From: Oculina patagonica
Taxonomy: Eukaryota
Assembly (NCBI RefSeq): GCF_052425735.1
Contig: NC_135765.1
Coordinates: forward strand, 23,312,001 to 23,376,000
Direction: 5' to 3'
DNA: 64,000 bases
A program made the translations under genes and the position numbers. The notes beneath the pieces are model-generated. The model saw only the letters and a list, made by a program, of their open reading frames with translations, was not told the DNA's origin and did no database searches. This document shows positions 34,500 to 46,088 of this stretch, piece by piece (within the stretch, counting starts at the first letter, position 1; the number at the start of each line of letters is the position of its first letter).

Positions 34500-34589
34500 G
34501 AGCCGGGCACTGCACAGCCATCTCAATCGACCAGAGTTCGTCTAGGACGAGTTAAAAGAGTTTGGAATGGGAAAGCCTTTGTTCCCGAG
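34500..34589 (+). CDS. Repeat-protein gene copy A, penultimate exon (EPGTAQPSQSTRVRLGRVKRVWNGKAFVPE)
   Basis: ttacag acceptor and gtatgt donor, 90 nt, phase 0; homologous exon at 46259-46348. Confidence 0.75.
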
Positions 34590-35286
34590 GTATGTGTAAA
34601 AGAAATATGTTTTCTTTTTTCTTTATTTTTTTTTACAAAATACACTAATCAAGCACGGGCTGCATTCTCACTAGGCCGAAAAAGTGTTAAGTCAGATTTA
34701 AGTGTTAAGCATGTTTCACTGCTTAAAAGTAATAACAAAGATTTGATGTTAATGCGTTAATACAGCATTAGCTTTATAATGATAAATAGCACATATCTGG
34801 AAAGAACAACTTTGCGTGGACAATGAAATTACAGTAAGGTTTAGAGTAAAAGTGTTTCGCATATACGTGTTTATTCTAAACATGTTTCGGTGACTGAGTA
34901 TGGATGTGGTATAATACTTTTGTTTGAATAAAACGTTTTTATTTTTCCATAAAGTTGCTTGACAACAGATAATTCTCCGAGCAATTATTTGTACCAAGAA
35001 CATTGTATTAATATGCACAACATTTACAGTAGCAAATTATGCCAAGAGGACAGGGGTGATCTTCCCTTAATCTTTGACAGTTAATTTTTTTCTGATTCAG
35101 CTTTTTTATTAAAGGTAGATGGGTATTACAAATGAGCAATTCAACAGTACAACGATTCAACACGCAAATTAAAGACCATACTACATCACCGTGAACTTCG
35201 TGCTCTATTCTTTACGATTACAAATAATTTGTGCCTGTTTAAAGCAATTAAAAACTTATGTTGTTTTTTTATCGTTTATGCCACAG

Positions 35287-35346
35287 GTTCAGAGACGGGA
35301 ACAAAACGCTCCTTATTTGCGGGGGCTACGACCAAGAAGACAATAA
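35287..35346 (+). CDS. Repeat-protein gene copy A, last coding exon (VQRREQNAPYLRGLRPRRQ*)
   Basis: ccacag acceptor; peptide and stop position conserved in copy B (46988-47047, VQKRDQTAPYLRRLRPRRQ*). Confidence 0.75.
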   Translation, partial: VQRREQNAPYLRGLRPRRQ

Positions 35347-35559
35347 CACCAGGTCGTCTCCGTTCATGGCAAAATGTCACCCAGGCCATAAACATTTGTT
35401 TTTTTTTTATTTTTATCTTTATTATCTATTTTCGACATAATTTGTAAATAAGCAACATCTTTCTGCTTGGTGAGAGGATAAAAAGAATTTAAAATGAGTA
35501 AAAACAGAAGAAAAAAACAAGAATATTTCAAAAGAAAAAACACAATTTTTTAAAAAAAA

Positions 35560-36400
35560 ACCTGACTTAAACTTTAACCCACTAACCCTCTTACCAGTTG
35601 GCCCTAAACTACTAACCCACAACCCTCTTAACCCAACTCACTAACCACAATATCCACTACTGTTAAACCCCACTAATACCCAAACCTCTGTCTACCCCAA
35701 ACCCTCCTGAATCTTCCATTATCCCAACACCCTATTTATCAACTTTCCCTATCCCTCAAATTTCCCACTATCGACAAACCTCCCTACCACTACCATAACG
35801 CCCGCTATCCAGACCCTTACATTACCCAAACTATCCTAAAACTTCCCAATTTCCTTAACCCATAATACAATTTCAATCCAATACATGAATGTCTCCCATG
35901 ATCTCAATCCCCGTATCTACCAATATCCCCTTCCCACAAATTTTTGAATTTCTTTACCCTTACTATTTTTGAACCCTGCAATTCCCCAAATTCACACTAC
36001 TACCAATCAATCAATCACTAACCACTAACTCTTCTAACCCTACCTCAAATTCCCTGTCTCTCCCAACACTTATCCCTAAACCCTGCGATTCCCCAAATCC
36101 ACACTAATTTTAACTAACGACTAACCACTAACTCTACTAACCACAAACCACTAACTCTTGACCAACAAGACAAAAATAAAAAGAAAATCAACACAAAAAC
36201 TTAATAATAATAAACAAGTCAAACTCAAATTAAATCAAAAACAAAGCCAACAGTTGAACAAGTTGAAATTTACCAACAACTTTTAGTTCCAACTTTTACA
36301 ACTAACACTACTACTAACTAACGACAAACCACTAACTCCCGACCAACAAGACAAAAAGAAACAACAACAAAAACAATTCAAAAAAATTAAATATTAAAAA
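35560..36400. repeat. Strand-asymmetric low-complexity tract, almost no G on + strand (ccactaac/taaccc motifs)
   Basis: Direct inspection; homologous tract at ~47270-47960. Confidence 0.85.
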
Positions 36401-36976
36401 AAAACGCTAAAGGAAAAACAAAATCAAAAGTTGAAATATGCCAAAAACGTTTAATTTTAACTTGTAAAAAAGAAAAAAACCTCGCCGATCACGTGAAGAC
36501 AAGCCTTGCAAAAAACTTTCCTTATTGTCTTCAGGTGCTTTGGAGGAAACAAAAATTAAAACCAAATAAAAACAAGCTCACCCAAGCAGAAATGATGTTG
36601 AAGAGATAATTATTCTGGAATGAAAAACTGGCAAAGATGGAATTAAACTGTGCATTCATTTGTTTCAACAGTGTTTGTAAAATCTCTTAAACCGGGGCCG
36701 TATCTAGCGGGGGAGGGGGGCAGGGAGGCGGGGGGACAGGGGGGGGGGGGGTGCAGTTGCCCCTGTCACGAAAACTAAATTTCTAACTTAGTGTTTGATG
36801 ATCTTTGATTTTTCTATGCTACTACTTGTGGCTATACTGGAGTTTACCTCCGCAGACAAAAATCCTACCTGTAACATTTAGCTAACCCAGGCTTAATTTA
36901 TATTTTGCATTAATGTTTGAGTCCTGACAATTACATTCAACCGGGTTCCCAAGTAGTATGAAACCTGACCTACCTA

Positions 36977-37497
36977 CCGTGAATGATTTAATAAACACCC
37001 ACGGCGTCTATCAAATTTTAGGAACACTAGCAGGGGCATTTAATAGATATGAGGCGTTCATTGGAGAAAGGCGTTAATTTCACTTTATTTGTAACAAATT
37101 CATAAAAAAACACACGTAGTTTGCTTGCGGTGAAAGATGAAAAACAGAGTTTGTGAGTTGGTGACTAATCTCTTCTACGCTTATGCAAAGCCCGAATGTC
37201 GTTAATATAGTTCGATATCGAAGTATACCCGGTTTTTTTTTCATTGTGACTGGGTTTAACCATGTTGGCATCGTTGGCCTTTTTGATGTCCGAGACAAAC
37301 AAGAAACTAAATTGCGTGATTTTACTTTATGGAACGCTCTCTTGGCTCTTTAGGCGATTTTTAGAGGGGAGAGGGAGCATCTGTTAGACAACAGACGTTT
37401 ATAACAGGGGGCGTATGATACGAACTTCACACCTCAAGGGGGTGTTTATTAGATACGAGGCATATATTGAGGGTGGACGTTTATTGGATATTTACGG
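36977..37497. mobile_element. Tc1/mariner-type MITE
   Basis: TA-ccgtgaatgatttaataaacaccc ... ggacgtttattggatatttacgg-TA, an imperfect TIR pair. Confidence 0.65.
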
Positions 37498-37969
37498 TAT
37501 GCAACGTACTGACTGTACACGCTTTATTTCTCTTACGATTCAAGAAGACAATGCTTTTTTGCGATTTTTCTGAGCATTTTTTATCCCATAAGACTCTGTG
37601 TCAGCTCATGATGTTCTATATCTGCGCTAAATTCTTGGACATAAATTGTCAGAAAAGTCAACAACTTGACTGCTAAGTTTTCCCTGCGTTATTGAATCGC
37701 AGAAACCAAGAATACAATTAGATGCTGAACCAGAAATACCAGGAACAGCTTCGAAATTTGAGACTAAAACTGCCAGGGACCACAAACGATAATGCTGCTA
37801 TTCGAAAGACCTACTGAGAGATCTGATCAGCAATAAATTAAATAACAGACAACTGAAAGCAAAGCTAATCGTGCTGCGTGAGAAGTAGGTAGTACGATCA
37901 GCCTTGCTTTTAGTTGTCTACGACATTTGGCCTGATGGTTTTCAAATTACTCGTTTTTATTCAACAAAA

Positions 37970-38493
37970 AGGTAATTTCAAGATATGTAAGTCGCCAAAA
38001 TTCCAGCTACCAAAGAGCATTGAAACACTATGAAATCTTTGTCTGAAGTAGTCCGAAAATCCAGAACCGGCCTCCGCCATCTTGGAGTAACTTAGCAGCC
38101 TGGCAATTTTTGTGTGACGTCAAAGAGCTCAACCTGAAGTTTTACAACAAGTTAAACATTGTTTAAATTCCCGACACTCTTTGCCTGTTTGTGCAGCGTC
38201 ATTTTGCACAAACTGAGCTCCATGGGATAGTAATTAAAGTGTTTTACAACAAGTTAAACATTGTTTAAATTCCCGACACTCTTTGCCTGTTTGTGCAGCG
38301 TCATTTTGCACAAACTGAGTTCCATGGGATAGTAATTAAAGTTGAGCTCTTTGACATCACGCATACATTGCCAGGCTGCTAAGTTACTCCAAGATGGCGG
38401 TGGCCTGTTCTATAGTTTTGGACTACTTCAGACAAAGATTCGAATACTCTTTGGAAGCTGAAACTTCGGTGAGTATGATATCTCTGTATTACC
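37970..38493. mobile_element. Foldback/MITE-like element with ~160-bp inverted arms around a 102-bp tandem duplication
   Basis: 37970-38133 is an inverted match to 38341-38493; 38139-38240 is repeated at 38241-38342. Confidence 0.8.
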
Positions 38494-41133
38494 TTCTTGT
38501 TAGCGTGAAGAATAAGCACCATTTTGGATTGAACTTCCCCTTTGAGTGCAATAAACTCTGAGTCTGCGCACAAAGTCAAGAAGTCCCTGAATCGCGGGTT
38601 TTAAGGTTACACCCTTCGATAAAGAACTAAAAATAGATTTTCATTTCTGAATAATTCCTTCGTGAGTACTGGCAAAGTACACATTTCTGGGCAAACGGTG
38701 AAGTTGATCTTATTTAATTTTTTGAATAGAATTTGACCACTGCACTCAAAATACGAGATAAAACGGAAAGGTCACAACGACCACTTTTCTCTCTCGCGGT
38801 CAAGATGGCACAAAAGTCGAATAGAAAAAAAGCCGCCAATTTGTTTCTATACGCGCGCTTATGACGCGAAAAATTATGCGCGGTAAAGATGCGCCATGCA
38901 AAATAGAGGAAAGACCTTTTAGACATCTTAATTGTGGAATTTTGATTTTTCTATGGGTCAAGATTTTTTGCTTGGTTATTTCTTTGTAAGTCCTCTAAAA
39001 TCGATATCTTTTTTCCAGTTGTATTTTTGTTTTAAATTCGCGGAAATTATCCTTTGTTTTAATCAATATTACGTTGTTAAATAATTGTTTTTGTGTTTTA
39101 CTTACATTTTCCAATCACGTGATCAGACGGTGAAGTAAACAACTCATGATCCAATTGATCCAATAAGATCACGTGATAGCAAACCAAAACAGTAGCTTGT
39201 GTAACAGACTAACCTTACTCTCGAAAAAAGTAATAAAGTACTCTTCAAGCCATGATATGACAGGTTAAATGACTCAAATAAAAAGCTGAACAGCAAAAAT
39301 AACTACAGAATGAAACATATATTTATTCTCCAAACCAAAAGGTGATTAGCTTCAACTTGCTATAGTCTTTTGCTGTGTTTTCGCAAGATTTATTTGCCCT
39401 TAATTGATTTGTTTACTTCGAGCGCTAGTTGCCCTGTAATTGGTCTCCTGATTGTGACATGTTAATTGCACGCGCTCATTATCATTTTTTTATTTTGAGT
39501 CAAGTGTTCGCTGAATGCAGACGTGTTTTTTTTGTCGCTCTCGAAAGTCGTCAATTCGCGATACGAAAGTTGAAATTTCAACAAGATGAATGAATCAAAG
39601 GAAGAAACAGAAACTCCTATCAAGGAAACATCAGCGAAAGAGGTAAGATAAAGCTTTTTGTTCGCTTAAATTCACGATGAGTTTTTTTTGCTACAAATTG
39701 TTTCAGCAGTGGTGCGCGCGCATAAAAAGTTGTACAAAAAATTATCCGCCTCAAAAAAACTCGGGATAGACTTTGGGACGAACTTCAGCGGCTGAAATCC
39801 AAAAATTATACGGATTCTGACATTTCGACAATTTGAAAGGAAGCAGGGAAAGATTGAGATGTTTCCGTTTGAAGTTTGAATGTATTGCAAGCAAACATTG
39901 GGAAAAAGGACAACCGAATAACGTAATAATGGCGATAATCAATTGGGAGCAATAATCGTATAATGTAATTTACCAATTAAGTTAATAAAACTAATAGATT
40001 GTGAAATGTAAAATACAACACGCACACGCAAGCTTTAACGAGTAGAACACGCAGGCCAACGCACAAAACATCCATGCTCGCGCACGCAAACGTAAACACA
40101 CATATAAACATCTTCTGTAAACACTCGTATGCGCGAACACAATAAGTGAACGATATTCCTAAAACACCTTCTAAAACAGCCGGTGTTGCTAAAACACTTT
40201 ATTAAAACAAAAACTCCTCCTAGATTTCCTCCATTTCTCTCCAAACATCCTGATGTTTTCTATGTCTCGTGGGGCTATGTTCATTTGCATTCTATTTTTA
40301 GACCTCGCGCGCTTCGCTATTGATCGATTTATTGGTCATTCAATTCGCTGTTTGAAACTCGAAACTACAACCAAGCAAACATCTTAGAAGTAGGTAAAAG
40401 AAGGCTCATAGTTTGCCAAAATTTGCGCTTAATTATTTTTGCTACGCATGGTTTTACGCGCGTTTTTCACGTATTTTGTTGGACTTAAAATAACCTGCTA
40501 AATAGTCGATCACCTTCGATAAAACACTTGGTAAATACTTTATTAAAAGTGTTTCAATGATTGAGCAATCTCATCCCCGGAGGCTGCGATCCTTTTAGTC
40601 GGCTCCAAGAATCGAGACCTCTGGGCTAGACTGAAAGTCTACCAAAATGATAACCAAATTTGTTGAAAACTTGTTTATTTCTTCCACAATATCCGGTCCA
40701 CGCGCACAATCAACCAGAACATGGAATACCTGATTCCAGTTTTTGAATCACCCAGACTTGTTGCGTTTCCCGCTAGCTGGGCAAGGGGAATGCCGGCTCT
40801 GAAAATAAGTAGTATTACTAGTTGCGAGTTAAGTTATTAGAGCTGTTTTTATTTGAGTGTCAAAACAATTTGAGTTTGCTTTGGTTTTGTATCACTACAT
40901 GTACGCTTAGTGATTGATTTAAAAATCTCGTGTCACTTAGCCAATCATAAGTAAAACTAAATCCATCGCGACTAGCTAACACACGTTTTGCCGCGCTTAG
41001 CCTCTCTAAAATGGATATATCCTCAAGATCAGGAGAAACAATAAAACTCTTGTCGTGCGGCATACACCCGTATGAGTATCAAGTTTGGTTTTTGGTTTTA
41101 CTTCTGATCGGCTGAGAAAGTGACACCCTCCTC

Positions 41134-41197
<64 letters not shown>

Positions 41198-41203
41198 TAT
41201 TAT
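41134..41203. repeat. (TAT)n microsatellite
   Basis: ~23 units; only a short tattattat at the paralogous site ~30128. Confidence 0.97.
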
Positions 41204-42298
41204 GCTAAGATTTTGGGTGCCCTGCAATTAACATCAGTATGCCCATTGAAAAGGTTTCGTCAATGGATGTACACAAGTCCAGGAAACGGAAGAGAAGCTG
41301 TGAAAACTGCGTGGATGAATCTGTGCAGCTGAAGGATGGTAACTCCATCAATGGGGAAGATTTCATTGAGCCATTAATAAAACGCAGACGACTATTGAAC
41401 ATTGAGGGGTCTTCTGTTCCTGAATATTCCAATAATGAAATGGGTTTAAAGGATCCCGAGGGAAGTTCTTTTGAGGAACGTTAACATATCTCTTCCAGAC
41501 ATTCACTGGCGTTAAAAGAGTCTTGTGAGGATTACATCGACAAGCCCACGGAAATGGATTCCTCACTTGATGGTGGAATGAGTGACCATTCGTTGGCAGT
41601 GACAGAGTATGCACACGAGTCATCTAAAACTGTAGCTACCGAAGATACTGGTAACGTCGACGAGAATGAAGACAGTGAATGTAATTGTGAAATTTGTGAC
41701 CATTGGATGGCATTGACGCTGTCGTTTCCGCCTTGCACCAGCATGCCCGTCGACTCATCTCAAAATATAGCTACCGAAGATGGTGATAACATTTGCGAGA
41801 ATGAAAACAGTGAACTTAGTTGGGTAATTGGTAAACTGGGTGACCATTGGTTGGCAGTAAAACGGTCGTTTGCAAGTTTTATCAGCACGCCAACTGATAA
41901 GGTTTCTTCCCTTGATGTGCTCGAGTCACCTGATGCTGTAGCTGCCAAACAAGCCGGGAAGATGGGTGAGAATGGATTCAGTGAGTGTAGTAAGGATTCT
42001 ATACTGGATGTTTACGAGCCAGCCGAGGCAAGAAATGGAAGGCAAAGAAAGCGGAAGGGAAACAACGTAGATGAGTCTGTCGGGCAGTCTGAAGATGTCA
42101 TTGAGCCATCACGTAATTACAGACGGCAGTGCAACGTTGAAGAAGATGCTGTTCTTGCCGTTTCCAAGGATGAACTGTGTGACAATGAAGCAGTGGAGAA
42201 AGGGAATCATCAATCTGACTCCAACCACGTCTCACCTTCTTCTCAGCTGCCATGTGATGTACCTGTCAATTCTAAAGAGGCTGCGGTTCCTACAGTTT

Positions 42299-43377
42299 AA
42301 TCAAAGTCTCTTCGAGATACCGACTTTTTTTGCATGAAGTATGAGTCGAAGGTTTATCCTGTGCAGTCAAAAAGCCGTATGCATGATTTCAGCGTGGATT
42401 TTCTCGGAAGCTATTGGAGGGATGAAGTTCAAATTCGGCGAAGAGATAGAGCAACAACTCACCGATCGATAGCCGTCGTCAGATAGGTGAGATTTTCAGT
42501 AGTTTGGCGTTAATTCCGGTTTGAAGTGGAGGAGGTCGCTGCTGGCGGCCGCCGACTTGCAAGCCTTGTCTCCTCTTTCTCTCTTACTGGCCTTCGGCCG
42601 GCTAAATCAGTTAAAAAAGTGCTTAAAACGGCCCGCGCAGCGAAGAAATACAACACATGAGTCGATAAACGTTTCATTAAACTTTATTGAGATATTTAGA
42701 GCGAAATGTAGTTAGATATGTTATTTCCAGAGCTTTATTTCAGTAACCCTTATAGATTTCAAAATTTCTTTTGTTCGTCTCATGTCAACAAAATAATTAA
42801 CCACGAACACATAGGGTGGTCTGCCTGTGATGCAACATTGCTGTCAACGCGAGGTCACGTCCCTAACGACCTAGGATGATGACGAAATAGAATGGGCGCT
42901 TGTAGCGACCAAATTTGGCCTAAAAAAGAAGCCTTAAAAGAAGCCCCCATCTCTTGCATTTGTTTTAACTTCAATAATATCTTTGAAAAGAGCAAGTTTT
43001 TTGGTATGGTTTATTTTTGACGTTTGTAATTTTTAAACGATGTAAGTGCTAGTGGCTATTTATTCGTGTTTTAGTTACGCAATCCATTGTTTGTGCGACG
43101 CTTTTTATAGATCGCCTTTCAGACACACGTGCGTTGAGATAAGAAAGCTGACATGTCACTTTTAACATTGTTATATAACGTTTGTAAATGACAAGTCACG
43201 TTTTTTCCACGAGATCGCGTGATCACCCACAGCGGAAAGTAATCCCTTGAGAAATTAAAATATTCCCTTGAGAAATTAAAAAAGTCCCTTGAGAGTAGAC
43301 AAGAATGTTCCAAATTTTGCCCCACATAACTGCTATTCTTCTATTTTCGCTTGTAAACAAGCAAAAAAAGTCGCAAA
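42299..43377. mobile_element. Non-autonomous DNA-transposon-like insertion within the copy B exon
   Basis: Interrupts ...PTV/[S]KDE...; subterminal inverted repeat cgactttttttgc / gcaaaaaaagtcg. Confidence 0.75.
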
Positions 43378-43880
43378 AAGGATGAGCTGTGTGGCAATGT
43401 AGCAGTGAAAAAACCGGAAAATCATAAACCTGACTCCAGTCACGTTTCCGCTTCTTCTAAGCTGCAAAGTGATGTGCATGCCAATTCTAAAGAGGCTATC
43501 GTTTCTGCAGTTTCCAAGGATGAACTGTGTTGCAATGAAGAAGTGGAGGAAGACAGCCATCAATCTGACTCCAGTCACGTTTCCGCTTCTTCTAATTTGT
43601 CATGTGATGTGCCTGTCAATGTTGAGGGGATGGCATTAAACTCAGTTCAAAATTCATTGGAGATGTGCGCTAAGAACAAGACGGAGGAACTCTCTGTGTC
43701 TGTTGAAGCTCTGGCCTCTGATGAAGATACACCTGACACCATGGGTTATGTCCGTTACTACCTGAGGACCGCTTATCAACTCCTGCTTCGTGCCATGGTC
43801 CGGGATCCCGTTGATTCCCCTCCTCGAGCTCTGGAAAGCAGCATCCACCAACCTCAGGTAAAGGTATTTTTTAATCGCTA

Positions 43881-46088
43881 CAGTCCAAGCTCTCGTAAGC
43901 GGACACCTTAGGGACGCGAAAAAAGTGTCCGTAACTGGAGCTGGCGGCTTACGAGAATGGTTCTCGTAAGTGGCCACCAGAGGTGTAGGGTATAGATGGC
44001 CGCTTACGGGAGATCACTAACTTTACAGAAGGAGCTACTTTACAGTACAGCTTAGACAGTTCGAAAAAAATAGTTACAATAATTACTCTACTTTATGAAG
44101 TTAATACTATTAACGTTACAACACTTAGACTAACATTACAACACTTAGGCTAACAATGCAAAAAAGAAATAACAAATAACATTGCCTATAATCGTTACCA
44201 GAAAGAAAACGGAAGAAAATGAAAGATGTAGCCAGAAACAAAAAACAAAAGGAAACTAAATGTTTTGTAAAAAATTCCATTTCTTAATATTGTAATCGTA
44301 TTTACCGGATTTGATAGCAATATGTTTTTCTAATGATAGTTTGTCGCGAACGAGAGATATGTACTCGTTAAACTGAACTTAATTTTTAGGTCGGTGTTAA
44401 CGTATAAAAATAATTTCCCTAAGATAATAAGATGGTTTAGGGCTGAACAATCACGAGGAGAGTCCAATATAGCATGTAAGACATCTAAGTTCGAAAGATG
44501 GACATTTTTCCCCCTATGATTATTGTACCAATCATGAACATCTACCAAGAAAGATTTTGCTTGAGTGCACTCTATAAAAAGGTGCCAGATGGTATGGAGC
44601 TCGGTAGGGCAAAAAGGACAAGTTGGGGAGTCAACTTTCTTCATCTTGTGTAATAAGCTATTCGTAGATAGGATGCGATAAGTGATCTTGTACTGCAACA
44701 TCATCATTTTGGTTTCTTTTGTAAAGTCTTGAATTTTTCGCAAACAGAATTAAAAGATAGAAAGTGATTTTTTTTCTGTTTCAAGTAAGTCTGATATGTG
44801 CGTGACTCCAGCCTGATGCCAATGTGGAAAATATATCGATTTTTATTAACAATTAGAAACCTGTTGTTCCAAATTACTTGCTCTAGTACCTCAGATTTTA
44901 TTTTAAGGATCGGTCGCAGTGATTTTCTGCCAATGGCTATGATGTCTTTTTAAAATCTTGGGAGGTGCTCACTTAGGCAAAGACGCTTACAGCCATAGTT
45001 ACACTGAAATAAGAAAGTGCCACCGACGTTGGCAAGGAAAGAGGTTGGAATATATTTCCATGGAACGTCGTGGTCTGAACATAGGCGGTTTACCCAGTTT
45101 AGTTTTAGAGCTTTGACAAAAATGGCGAAAATTTTCATTTCTAAGCCACCTTCTTCTTTTTTATGATATGACTTTTGAAAGGGCTAGAGTTTTAAGAACG
45201 TTTATTCTTCTATAAACAGGGATTATATCCTTTTGACACCAAAAGTTTAAAGTGTTTTGTAATTTTGATAGCTTGTCGAAGAAGTACAAGAAGTGTGTAC
45301 CTAGAGCGTAGACAGATTCATCTGTCATTTGAAGATTTAAAAGTTTGTCTTTTCTATGTCTCATTGAGCCAAGCCATATCATTTCAGACTTTGATACATT
45401 TATCTTAAGCCCCGCGCACTTTTCAAATCGGGAGAGCAATACAAAAAGGTTATTTACGGAATGAACGTTAGCGAGGAAGGCTGTAGTATCATCGGCGTAT
45501 TATGATAATTTAACCTTTTTATTATCCTGTATTTTTATTTCTTCTATATCTTTGGAATTAGAGATTAGTTGAGCTAAAACTTCTATGGCGATGATAAATA
45601 GCATACCAGAAAGGGGACAACCCTGGCGTACCCCTCGTTCTAAAGTAAAGTGATTGGACGCTTAGCCATTGTTTAAAACACAACTGGTAATGTTACTATA
45701 AAAATACTAACCCAGCGCCTAAGCTGCGGGCCGAAATTAAACGTTTGAAAACATTTTTGGAGATAGTCCCATTCGATTAAGTCAAAGGCCTTCTAAAAAT
45801 CTAGGAAGACGGTTATTCCAGGCAACTCTTTTTGCTTCGTAAAATCCATAACGTCTTTGATTAATCTTATGCTTTCGCCAGTAGCTACTGTGAAATCATT
45901 GCGACGAACGGCTATGTGAAGTTGATTGATAAAAACGAGATACAGAGGCTGTTAACAGGATTTTCTTTGGGGAGTCTGCTTACGGGAGCTTAGCTTAAAA
46001 CCAAAGAAAAAGTCTAAGTCGTAATCTCTAGAAGTGTCCGCGGCCGCTGACAAGAATGTCCGCTTACGCGTTAAGAGAGCTTTGACTG
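43881..46088. mobile_element. Tc1/mariner-type MITE split by a LINE insertion
   Basis: TA-cagtccaagctctcgtaa ... ttaagagagctttgactg-TA; absent from the paralogous intron at ~33835. Confidence 0.85.
44040..45882 (-). mobile_element. 5'-truncated, decayed L1/Tx1-type LINE (reverse transcriptase and C-terminal zinc knuckle)
   Basis: Minus strand gives ERGVRQGCPLSGM (~45601-45640), YADD (45488-45499), AGLKINVSKSE and CPFC...HLFIEC; candidate TSD agctact at 44033 and 45883. Confidence 0.92.

Larger units (their letters stand above)
27640..36915 (+). repeat. Segmental duplication, copy A (paralog at ~38930-48330)
   Basis: Collinear similarity from ttgtg.a.ttttgattt through promoter, exons and introns to the 3' G-poor tract and tctcttaa. 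Confidence 0.92.

Noticed and set aside
35560-36400. True interstitial telomere
   Set aside because: TAACCC occurs only scattered among variants; there is no tandem (TTAGGG)n array.
41006-41332. Poly-Ile and poly-Tyr ORFs
   Set aside because: Translations of the (TAT)n microsatellite.
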